From Octopus bimaculoides (Eukaryota), in the NCBI RefSeq assembly GCF_001194135.2, contig NC_068993.1, positions 32,952,453 to 33,016,452 on the forward strand: a stretch of 64,000 nt of DNA. The letters are read 5' to 3'. This document shows, one piece after another, positions 52,959 through 64,000 of this stretch. The stretch's first letter is position 1. The number at the start of each line of letters is the position of its first letter. The position numbers and the translations under genes are program-made. Below the pieces are notes generated by a model. It ran no database searches. It saw only the letters and a program-made list of their open reading frames with translations, and was not told the DNA's origin.

Positions 52959-55900
52959 CTAGCAGCATCTGACTAGCTTTCAAAGAAAACCTAGGACCAT
53001 TTTACTAGCCTTCAGAGAGATAACTGGGATCATCCGACTGTTTTGAAAATCTGGTTTTGTAAAATACATGTGTGTGTGTGTGTCTGTGTATGTGTGTGTA
53101 TATACATACACACACATATATATATATGTATATGTATGTGGAGTGGGGAGGGGGTGTTCAAAGCTGTTCAAAAATGCATTTTTAATCACACAAGGAAAGA
53201 GAAGAGAGAAGAAACGAAGGAAAACAAAAAGAGGAGTAAGTGAAACAATGAGTTTTTGATGGCCAGCAGTATCATTATTTTACTCTTTTGATGAGTGGCC
53301 ACCTCACTGAGACTATCCTAAACCTCATTTAAATCAAACTTGCATAACAGTGTGGCTCAAGCTTCAAACTTTCTGGATTTTTTACTACCATGAAACTCAT
53401 TTTTCCATCCGTATATCTTCATATTATTATTATTATTATTATGGTGGTGAGTGGCAGAATTGGTAGAGCACTGGACAAATGCCTTACAGTATATATATAT
53501 ATAGTTATGTCCCTTTGTGTTTTGGGTTCAAATCTTGCTAGGGTCAACTTTGGCTTTTATCCTCTCCCTAGTAGCATAGGAAAGGTCTTCAGCACCCAGG
53601 AGCAAAGACAGTTTTGGCATCCCACCATAACCACCATGGTAAATGTGGGCGACTGCCACCTTATCATGCTAGATTTTTGTTTTCTGAGTTGATATCAAAT
53701 AAACAACCAGTCAACTATTGATGTTGATAAATTTGACTCCTGCCCTGTGCTCTTGTAAGCCTTTATTTGATTTGACAATAGAAAGGAAACTAAAGGGTTA
53801 GGGTGGTAGATTGGCAGACTTGTCAGAGCAATGGAAGCAATGCCCTGTGGCATTTCTTCTATTTCTTTACATTCTGAGTTCAAACCCCCACCGTGGTCAA
53901 CTTTGCTTTCCATCCCTCTGCGGTTGATAAAATAAAGTACTACTTAACGTGCTGATGTTGATGGCATCCACTAAGTCCCCTCCCTTCAGGATTGCTGGCT
54001 TTGTGCCTAAATTAGAAACTATTGTTATTATTAATGTTATTAGAAATTATTACTAAGGCAGAAATGGTAAAGTAAATCACTAAATATGTTTACGATGTTT
54101 ACTCTGATCTGATCCCATCAAGTTCTGCTTTGATGTGTCACATTGTGATGAGGATCCTTAGTCTATAACAACCTCTGTACCAGTGATATATTGGCTATTA
54201 TACTCAATAGACTACACCTTCCATCCCTACAAACATTGGCCTTGAATTTCTGAATCATTTTCATTAATTAAAATAACTAATCAAAGAGTAATGGGTAGCA
54301 GGCAGAGTGGTGAATGAAATGCCTTGTGGTATTACATCCCATCCCTTTTAAAGTGAAATTTTTGTCTGGGCCTGACTTTACCTTTCATCTCTTTAGCATT
54401 GTGGCGGTGAGTTCCAGCCAAGTATGGCGCGAAGGGTTCGATATCTATATGTGGCTTTGTACCGATGTTAGGATTATCATTAAAGTATTTTTCTTTTGAT
54501 ATAAACCAATCTAAAATGCGACCCTGGAAATACAAGAATAATGAACTACATCTGAGAGACCTGACATATTTCATTGTGTGGACAATAACTTAATTCTCTG
54601 TCAATTTTGGGGTCTCCTGTGCTTGTGTCACTCATAACTATTGGCTTTTCAGTCAATTTTTAGACATCGGATAGCATCTTCTGCTGTGATGATGCTGTCT
54701 CTCTCTCGCTCTCTTCATCCATTCATAGAAAAATCTACTCCAGCATAAATGTTACCAAATTCTTAGTGAGACTGACTGCTGCCAGCCACACTGCCTTCTT
54801 TTAATGATGTTACCATGGATACTGGTTGACATTTATTTTTTCTTTTGGCTACATTCTACACTTGACAACATTGGGTCTAGCTAGATATTTTCAAAACTGG
54901 TTGATTTATACACACGTGTGTCTGTGTGTGTGTGTCTGTTTATATGTGTATATATATAGAGAAGTATGTATATAGGTGTGTATAAATGTGTATATAGATG
55001 TATATATATGTATGTACTGATGTGTATATGTATATATATATACATATATATATATATAGGTAGATGTATGTATGAGTGTGTGTATATAAAATACCTTGTT
55101 GGATTTTTTGTCCTGTGTACTAATGCCAAGACTAAGTGTGATAAAGATTCAACATTTTCAGTGATATAAAATTGGGGGGTACAAAAAAAAACACATGTAA
55201 AACAAACAGTAATAATAATAATTAGTAACAGAATATATAAAGAAAAAACATTGAAGTACAATAAACGAAACCAACAAACAATTGATGGTTATTGGTCGCA
55301 GTTACTAGCTAAGATTACTTTTGATCTGTGATTGATGATTGTTTTGTTATCTGTGAAAACCTGAAGGAAGGGAATAATAACCAGAAACGGACTAAAATAA
55401 GCAAAATTCTCTTGAAAACCTGAGCAAAATGATATTGGATTTGAAAAATGGAAAAAAAAAAATGCAACAGAGATGTATCAGAGACAATTGATGTTTGAGA
55501 TTTTCTTGTTTTAAAGAAACAAATTGAAACTGGTGAAGAGAGGAAAATATAAAACATTTTTTTTTTTTTTTATGTGTGGAAAAATAAGTGACTGAATGAA
55601 TGCCTAAAGGACATCAACATCAAGAACAACAATAAAATCAACATGTAAACATTTCTTATGATTTTCCAACTAAATTATATTGCAGTTTACATGCTAGTGG
55701 TTCTAGCAGACTCTCTTTCTCTCTACCTCTCTCTCTCTCTCTCTCTCTCTCCATAAATTTTCTAAACTGTAAATATTTTTCTGGTATTTAAAGAAGAGTG
55801 AACAATAAACTCCGTAGTGCTGCCATTTCCATTAGTTCTTCAAGAACTTTTTCCTAAGACTAAAGGCAATGAAGAAAAAAGAAATTTTATTTTGTTTTGT

Positions 55901-58029
55901 TTTGAATAATTCAGTCACGTTTGAATTTTTCCTTTTTTTTTTTAATTAATTAATTCAACAAACTGTTTTAGTCGAACTGTTTTCAAAACGACTAAAAAAA
56001 AAAAATGATAAAAAACCCAAACAAACCACAAAACAATTCAGACTTTGAAGAAATGATTAAACAATAATAAATTATTAAAGTGTAAAATTATTATTATTAA
56101 TTCATCTTCACTCTGCAATTCATAATCATGTTACAAACAAAAGAAAAAAAATTGAGTTGGTTTTTCTGGAAATAGTCTTTAATTCCTGACTTGTTTTATT
56201 GTCTACCATAAAAAACAAAAAAATTGATAGATGTAAAATAAATTTTGACTGGGATGTTTTCCAAGTGACAACCTTATCTTTTTGTATAATTAGTTCATCT
56301 GCTTCTTGCTTCTTCTGTTCTTTCTTTTCTAATTTTAATTAGTGTTGATTAATCTGATTTTAATGTACATGTAATTGTTAATTAGTCATGTTTCTACACA
56401 GCTTCATCTTATTACTTTTCACAATGTTCAACTGTATCTCCTGTACCAAAGACACCCCCCTCAGCTCTCCTCCCCAAAATAATTGTCCTTGTTGACCTTA
56501 TAGCTGCCTTTCATACAAACTCAGCTAATTCAGAAAATAATTTTTCTATTTTAAACAGTTTACACAATCCTTACTATTAATCATTCTATTCAGGTATTTA
56601 AGTGCCTCGACACTTCTCCAAATCATCTTTTATAATTTCCTTTTTTTTTTTTATTACTTCAGTTAGCTTTCCTTCATGTTACTGATTAGATGATTCATCA
56701 TCATCATTCTGAAAGATCAAATGCATCAGTCAAACTCCACCATTTTGATGGGGAGTCACTCATAAAGATGTATTCATCTGCATATTCTCTTCCAGGAATG
56801 GATTACATTTTGTGGTAGTGGTATAGGAGTGGTTGTCTGTTAAAGACTGATGTGTTCCCTCCATACTGTGTCCAGTTTGTACTTGGATTTACTTTTCTCC
56901 AAAGCAACCTGCTGTCACTACAGCTAGCAATGTCTTCCAGACCACCATTTGTTGAATCTCATTCAAAGGTATGAAAAGCTGAGGAAACTGTTGTAGGGGA
57001 CAGAGAGGAGCTGTTCTTACTTGCCAAGATAAGGGGCTACTCATATTTGTGAATAGTAGTAGTAGTAGTTGGGTCTGTCACCATGATAGAAATTAAGAAG
57101 TGTTGATAAAATACCAGTCAAATATCTGGGGCTTTGCATCTGAATCAGAATCCATTATAAGAACATCATTTGTTCTAGCTTTTTATATTGTGTTCAAATC
57201 CTACCCAGATCAACTTTTTCTTTCATCCTTTTGGGGTTGATGAAATAAAATACCAGCCAAGTATTAGGGATTTCCCCCTCAAAATACCGCTACTGTGCCT
57301 AGATTAGCAACTATTTACTCCTGAGAGTAAACAAAGTTTTTTAAAGTGCTTTTACAGTATTAAATCAGTCACTAATGAAGACAAGTGTGGGATTTCAACT
57401 TGTACCAACCAACTCACTACTGTGGCTGTAAACAAGTTTATTGCTGCTAATATAGATATATTTTTGCATAAAACAGGATCTCTATTTGACCCCAATGTAA
57501 ATGTATTTTGGCCAAAAGTTGTATCTCTATTGTTACCATCATAATTTTAGCCGAAAGGAGAGCTATTTATTGCTGCAAATCTGTATTTCAACCAAAAGAT
57601 GGGTCTCTTAGCACCAACATAAAGATATTTCAATCAAAAGGAGAACCTCCATTACCATCAACATGAATATATTTTGAACTCTCAACACCATTAGATCGTT
57701 TATTTAATGTGTAATTATTGATGCTAGCATGGCTGGGAAGTGTGTGTGCAGGGAACTAATTTGGAGGTGAGTAAGAGCTGGATTCTCTTACTGCCACTTG
57801 CTTTTGAGGTAAAGAAATTTTATGCTCCACAGGTTTTCTGAAACAAATTAACCAATCATAATGTCAACAGGGAATGTCACCATCAGCTCCATTTTCTTCT
57901 AATAATGGCAAGGGAATTACCAATGTACAACCATATATACAGTGTGGACCATATTTAATATTCTCTGGAATTGTCAAAACCACTTCAATTCTAAAATTGA
58001 ATAAAATAATGATGAATAATAATAATAAA

Positions 58030-58070
58030 ATGTCAAATGTTTTGGTGCATGACTTTTGACTCGCCCTGTA
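58030..58070 (-). mobile_element. Single Tc1/mariner-like terminal inverted repeat
   Basis: Reverse complement tacagggcgagtcaaaagtc ending on TA; partner end not found. Confidence 0.45.
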
Positions 58071-58397
58071 TATTTATATGTATACATGACAGATTTAATA
58101 GTTTCTATTAACAATACGCAGTTACAAAGCATTCATTGGCTTGGAGCAATAGAAGACATTTGCCCAATAAGATGCAGCAGGTTTGAACCTGAAACCATGT
58201 GCCTACAAGGCGACCTACTTAACTACATTGCCAGTTATTTCACAATTATGTATCTCAATCAAGACAGAACATTTGTTAGCTTAAGTCCGATTTGTTGATT
58301 AATTGTGTGTGTAAATGTCATACAAATGGTGGTGGTGTTTGCAGTCTTTATAAATTCATTTCTGACCATTGTGCTGTTGTTGTTTGAAGGTCTAAGG

Positions 58398-58613
58398 CTG
58401 TGGTTCTCAACTGAGGTCCATATAAGATTTTGTTAAAATTTGTGTGTAATTGCTTATACTTCAAAAGATTTTAATGATTTTTGTGTATCATTCCTAATAA
58501 TATTTAATTATGAAAAATATAATAGGGTTTTTAAACATCAAATGGCTAAGAGGATCCACTTGAGTAAAATATGAATCAAAGGGGTCCATAAAAAAAATGG
58601 TTGAGAATCGCTT
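58398..58613. mobile_element. hAT/Charlie-type MITE
   Basis: Imperfect TIRs ctgtggttctcaac / gttgagaatcgct; 8-bp TSD-like flanks gtctaagg / gtttaaga. Confidence 0.65.
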
Positions 58614-59204
58614 GTTTAAGAGGAATATTATCTTAGAAACTGGAAAGGGTTGGCAACAGGAAGGATATCCAACCATAAACCATCTGCATCAATGAATTTC
58701 ATCTAACCCATGCAAGAATGGAAAAGTGAATGTTAAAATGGTGATAATGAAATAAGAATTACCTAATAGAAGAGCTGTGACAACTTTAAGATGCATGCAA
58801 GTGGTATATATTCTGTATTGATTAATTTCTTGAGTCATACAATATGAAAGGTCAACATGTCTTGTTGAACAGCTTTCACCTGGCCACTGACAACTCCATT
58901 GCAGCAAAGCATGATATGATATTAAGAAACTTTATGCTACACAATACTATTAATGTTTTTGTGTATGTGTGGTAAGGCTTCAACAAGTAGAAAAGCACTT
59001 GATCAGCAAAGAGAGTCAAGATAATGTTATAAAAACCAATAATCTTGTTGAATACAGCTACCCAGGGTTTCATAGTTGAAATAATTTCATCACTTTGAAC
59101 TCAGCAGACAACTGACAAACAGCTTGAAAAATGGCAAAATAAATTATTATTTTGACCTGGATAGCTGTTACGAACAAGATTTGTAGTTTTTATTATAACA
59201 TCAT

Positions 59205-60990
59205 CATCATTTAACGTCGTTTTCCATGTTGGCATGGGTTGGACGGTTTGACTGAGGTCTGGAGAGCCAGTGGCTGCACCAGGCTCCAATCTGATCTGGC
59301 AACATTTCTATAGCTGGATGCCTTTCTTAATGCCAACCACTCTGAGAGTGTAGTGGGTGCTTTTTACGTGCCACCTGCACAAGAGCCAGTCAGGCAGGCC
59401 AAGCATTGATCACGCTTGGATAGTGCTTTTTATGTGTCACTGGCACAGGAGCCAGTCAGATGGACCTGGCATTGACCATGTTTGGTTGGTACTTTTTACG
59501 TGCCACTGGCACAGGAGCCATTCATGGCACACTGGCATCGACCATGTTCAGATGATGCCAGTGGATAGTACTTTTTACGTACCACTGGAACCAGTCAGGG
59601 GGCACTGCCCACAGCTACGATTTTGGTTTTACTTGACTCAACAGGTCTTCTCAAGCATATCATATCGCCCGACACATCAAGGGCACTCTTAAATGGGCTG
59701 GACATGACTGTCATCTCACTTTAGTTGCCGGGTCTTGATCTGTCAATGCCTCTGTGAAGCCTAATGTTTGAAAGTCATGCTTCATCATCTCATCCCATGT
59801 CTTTCTGGGTCTCCCTCTTCCACAGTTAGGGAGTGGCACTTCCTCACACAGCTGTCCTCATCCATACGTAACATATGACCATACCAGCGCAGTCGTCTCT
59901 CTTGTACACCACATCTGATACTTCTTATGTCCAACTTTTCTCTCATGGCACTTACACTCTGTTGTGTATGCACACTGACATTACACATCCAGCGGATTAT
60001 ACTAGTTTCATTTTTTTCAAGCCTATGCATGTCCTCAGCAGTCATGGCCCATGTTTCACTGCTGTGTAGCATGGCAGTTTGCACACATGCATTAGTTGCC
60101 AGCAGAGGTAGGAGCTCCCCGAACTTTGCCCAGACAACTCTTATTCTAGCAGCTACATTCTCAGAGCAATCACCCCCACTACAGACTTGGTCACCTAGGT
60201 AGCGGAAGCTATTAACTAGTTTTTCTCCCTGGCATGTGATGGAATCTGTTTTCTATACATCTTCAGTGTTTATTGTTCATGTGCAAATGCCACACACAAA
60301 AACTATCTTCCCGGTTAACCTTCCTTTTATGTGTCCATTGTATGGAGTTTCTACCAATGTCTTTTCTACATATCAGGTAGGGCCACCTACCTAACGGGGT
60401 TTCTGATTTGTCAGCCTTCCTACTTACTAAGACTTAGGTTTTTGCTAGGTTAACCCTAAGACCCTTCGATTCTAGACCTTGCTTCTACACCCTAAACTTC
60501 GTCTCTAGTTCTGGCAGTGACTCGTCTATTAGAGCAAGGTCATCAGCATAGAAGAGCTCCCAGGGGTAACCTGTCTTGAATTCCTCTGTTATTGCCTGGA
60601 GGACTATAATGAAGAAGAGGGGCTGAAGACTGATCCTTGGTAAACCACTGCTTCTACTCGGAATTCTTCACTATACTCATTGCCAATCCTCACCTTACTG
60701 ACAGCATCCCTGTAGAGGGCTTGTACAGCTCTTACCAACCACTCGTCTATCCTCAATTTCAGCATTGACCACCAGATAAGGGATTGGGGAACCCTGTCAA
60801 AGGCTTTCTCCAAGTCAGCAAAAGCGAAGTACAGAGTTTTATCTCTGGCAAGATATTTCTCCTGCAGTTTGCTTTACCAGAAATATAGCATCAGTGGTGC
60901 TTCTACCTGGCACAAAACCAAACTGCATTTCATCTAGGGTAACTCTTTCCCTAATTAGTTGGGCTATGACTCTCTGTAACTTTCATCACC
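59205..60990 (-). mobile_element. 5'-truncated RTE-like LINE with RT, thumb, long 3' UTR and (GAT)n tail
   Basis: MQFGFVPGRSTTDAIF, DLEKAFDRVP, LLYADDL and RRLRWYGHMLRM motifs; several frameshifts. Confidence 0.9.
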
Positions 60991-61465
60991 TTTTTCTCAT
61001 TTTGTATGAGGAATACTGAATGTCTTCATACACTACCTGCCTGATAAGAAACTCAGACACTTGCAATGGACCTGATTGACTTGGAGGGATCGCTGTCAAT
61101 CATAGCCTGAATCTCACTAACAAATTCAATTCTTTTCTTATCAGAATGAGTTTTCCGAGCTGCTGTACCTTCTTAATCACTATTAGACTCATCCAACTCT
61201 TTCTGAATCCTCTGCACTGTCCTCAGGTTGACACCCAAACACTCTGCAACCTTCATGTTGGAGCTTCCGGTGCAAATGCTAAGTAGTACAGCATGTTATT
61301 TCCAAATTTCTGACACAATGAATTGTGTCATTGTGCTGTTTTTCTTACAGATGATGCCCAACTGTCCCTACTATATAGTGTAGTTGACAAAATCGAAAAC
61401 AAACAATGTGCATGCCCGAAATTAAAAATATAGAATGGTGACAATTTACGCATCGCACCCAGTGT
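60990..61465 (-). mobile_element. Tc1/mariner transposase N-terminal (HTH) fragment with putative left end
   Basis: Minus strand reads VAECLGVNLRTVQRI and IQAMIDSDPSKSIRSIA..VSEFLIRQVVYEDI.Y.SYKMRK. Confidence 0.75.
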
Positions 61466-61569
61466 GTGTGTATAGACACACACATATCTATACATATAAA
61501 TTTGACATGGGCGATTCTTTCTTGTCTTGGAATTCAAGGTCAAACGGCTGGGTGGAATTGTGTGGCACA

Positions 61570-61950
61570 GGAGTGGCTGTGTGGTAAGTAGCTTGCCTAC
61601 CAACCACATGGTTCTGGGTTCAGTCCCACTGCGTGGCACCTTGGGCAAGTGTCTTCTACTATAGTCTCAGGCTGACCAAAGCCTTGTGAGTGAATTTGGT
61701 AGACGGAAACTGAAAGAAGCCCGTCACATATATGTATGTGTGTGTGTGTGTCTGTGTTTGTCACCCCAACTTCGCTTGACAACCGATGCTGGTGTGTTTA
61801 CGTCCCCATAACTTAGAAGTTCGGCAAAAAAGACCGATAGAATAAGTACTAGGCTTACAAAGAATAAGTCCTGGGGTTGATTTGCTCGACTAAAGGTGGT
61901 GCTCCAGCATGGGCACAGTAAAATGACTGAAACAAGTAAAAGAGTAAGAG
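61570..61950 (+). mobile_element. Near full-length tRNA-derived SINE, family A (CORE-like; resembles octopus SINEs)
   Basis: tRNA-like head, gtggcaccttgggcaagtgtctt domain, internal (TG)n; close to the 62757 copy. Family name not verified. Confidence 0.85.
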
Positions 61951-62756
61951 TAGATGTGTAGAATGATCCGGAGGTGATATATATATATACACGCAAACGC
62001 ATACATATATCTACATATGCATACATATGAAGGGGTGATGATGTAAAGTTACTGACTTTAAAGGTATCATGAAAGGCCTGGTTGGAAGCCTAACCTTCTG
62101 AGTTCTTTTACAGGGATTAGGAAAACTGAAGAACCGCTGCAATAGTGTGTGAACTGGAGAGGGGAATACGTTGAATACAATCATAATTAACTGGCCCCGC
62201 CGCTTGTATTTTCATTTACCCAAAGCCAGGAACTTATCAGCACCCCTCATACATATATGTATATATACACACACACATATATTTTATTTTTGTTTCTTCA
62301 TTCTAGTCTGTTTTCCTGTGTTTGCCTTTCTCAATGCTACTAAGGTTAATGTTAGGGTTTCTTCAGCGTAGAAGAAATTATACTTCATGTAAAGGGGTGT
62401 TCTTTGTTTAGTCTTTCACGTAATTGTGTTTAGGCATGGCGAACTATTACCTTACTTGGAAACAGGTTAGGGTTGGTGATGGAAATGGCATCTGGTTATA
62501 CAAAATCTGTCTGATCCATATGAGCATAGAAAAGTAGATGTTTCATATATATACATAGATGTTAATATTTTCAACTGAGACATTACAATCATATCTGATT
62601 GTTCAAGTGCTTCAATTCTGTACAGCTACATTTATTTACTTGATTGCTGACACTTTTCAATGATTTCTCCCATTGTTTTGATGGTACAGGTATGCTAGTA
62701 TATAGCTTTTCATGTCCATATATTTCTCTCTCTCTTTCTGTATATAAATATACACA

Positions 62757-63125
62757 GGAGTGGCTGTGTGGTAAGTAGCTTGCTTACCAACCACATGGTT
62801 CCGGGTTCAGTCCCACTGCATGGATTCTTAGGCAAGTGTCTTCCACTATAGCCTCGGGCCGACTGAAGCCTTGTGAGTAGATTTGGTAGACGGAAACTGA
62901 AAGAAGCCCGTCGTATATATGTATATTTGTGTTTGTGTTCGTTCCCCTAGCATTGCTTGACAACCGATGCTGGTGTGTTTATGTCACCGTCACTTAGTAG
63001 TTCGGCAAAGGAGACTGATAGAATAAGTACTAGGCTTACAAAGAATAAGTCCCGGGGTCGATTTGCTCAACTAAAGGTGGTGCTCCAGCATGGCCGCAGT
63101 CAAATGACTGAAACAAGTAAAAGAG
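62757..63125 (+). mobile_element. Near full-length SINE, family A
   Basis: Same structure as the 61570 copy; CpGs largely intact. Confidence 0.85.
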
Positions 63126-64000
63126 TATGTAAATGTATATATAAATCTTAAAATTAAATCACAAATCTTGTAATTACAGCTGCCCAGGGTTTCCTGGTCA
63201 AAATAATAATTTATTCTGCCACTTATCAAGCTGAAAACATACAGGATCTTTAGGCCTAGTAATGTCTTTACATTTCCATAAAGATGTATACAATGAATTG
63301 ATACACATATATTGCTGGTATAAATATATGTATACCAATAATACACAAACACAAATAGTGTGTCACTAGTGAATCAAGTTTGAAATTTGGGAGATAGAAT
63401 GAGAAACACAGAAACAGAGAATGTTCAAAAAAGTTTGACATTTATTACAAATATATACCCCCACTGCATTGCTGTGTGTGTGTGAGATAGAGATATAGCA
63501 ATTGAGAGGTAGATACAAAGAGTTTGTAAAATCTTCATGTGTGTGTGTGTGCACATACACACACACATATATATAATGAAATCACTCAATCTTTTAATAT
63601 GAATACAATATTAATAACACAAACACATACATAAATGTATACATTTAGTTATGTAAAAAAAACCAAGACTTTTTCTTTCAGACATATTGTAGAAAAGACA
63701 TTGTGTTTGAGTTTAATCTTTTATATTGAAAGTTGATCATATTTTTCAAGTTTTGTTCTGAACAATAGCATTCTGAAGTGAATTCAAGTTTCTCAACCTG
63801 CTTAGCCTCTTCGTCAAATTAAGAAGGTAACAGTTGTGACATATTATTTGTGCATTTTGTAGTGGATCACAAAGGAACATGGGAATAGCATTGTAAATGA
63901 TAAAAATCATTACTGTTGGACTTAACTCCAGATAAATTTCATAGTTTATGTCAACTTGTGTTGTATCAAAATGGTTGACTACATCAGTAAAAACCAGAAA

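Noticed and set aside
53281-53325. Second hammerhead-like string (ttgatgagtg..cactgagac)
   Set aside because: Core mismatched and no stem I or stem III partner.
56700-57000. Possible terminal exon of a convergent gene
   Set aside because: All frames close within about 50 codons; no convincing acceptor or recognisable motif.
61570-61640. tRNA-like sequences (also at 42350, 49430, 62757)
   Set aside because: SINE heads: no complete cloverleaf, and they run into repeat bodies.

Overview
Eukaryotic genomic DNA, most likely an octopod cephalopod judging from the SINE/LINE sequences and dense microsatellites (inferred, no search run). It has four assembly gaps. One protein-coding gene can be rebuilt by hand on the + strand: a PHRF1-like RING + PHD + RS-rich + C-terminal SRI-like protein. 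It has a putative non-coding exon 1 ending at 16726 and 13 coding exons from 20978 to 52958, all with GT-AG sites and matching phases (CDS 6063 nt, 2020 aa). The rest is decayed transposons (Penelope-like, RTE-like, R4/Dong-like, Tc1/mariner, hAT MITE, Helitron-like ends, several SINE families), a 15-bp minisatellite, an interstitial TTAGGG-like array and microsatellites. Most listed ORFs are artefacts of repeats or N-gaps. I see no clearly new multi-gene system. The best leads are a candidate poison or alternative terminal exon that would remove the SRI domain, a ULM-like motif (RKSRWD), a CpG-decayed hammerhead split by a retroelement insertion, an ETS-CRE promoter element with three uORFs, a fold-back repeat, and telomere-like repeats inside a Helitron-like element.
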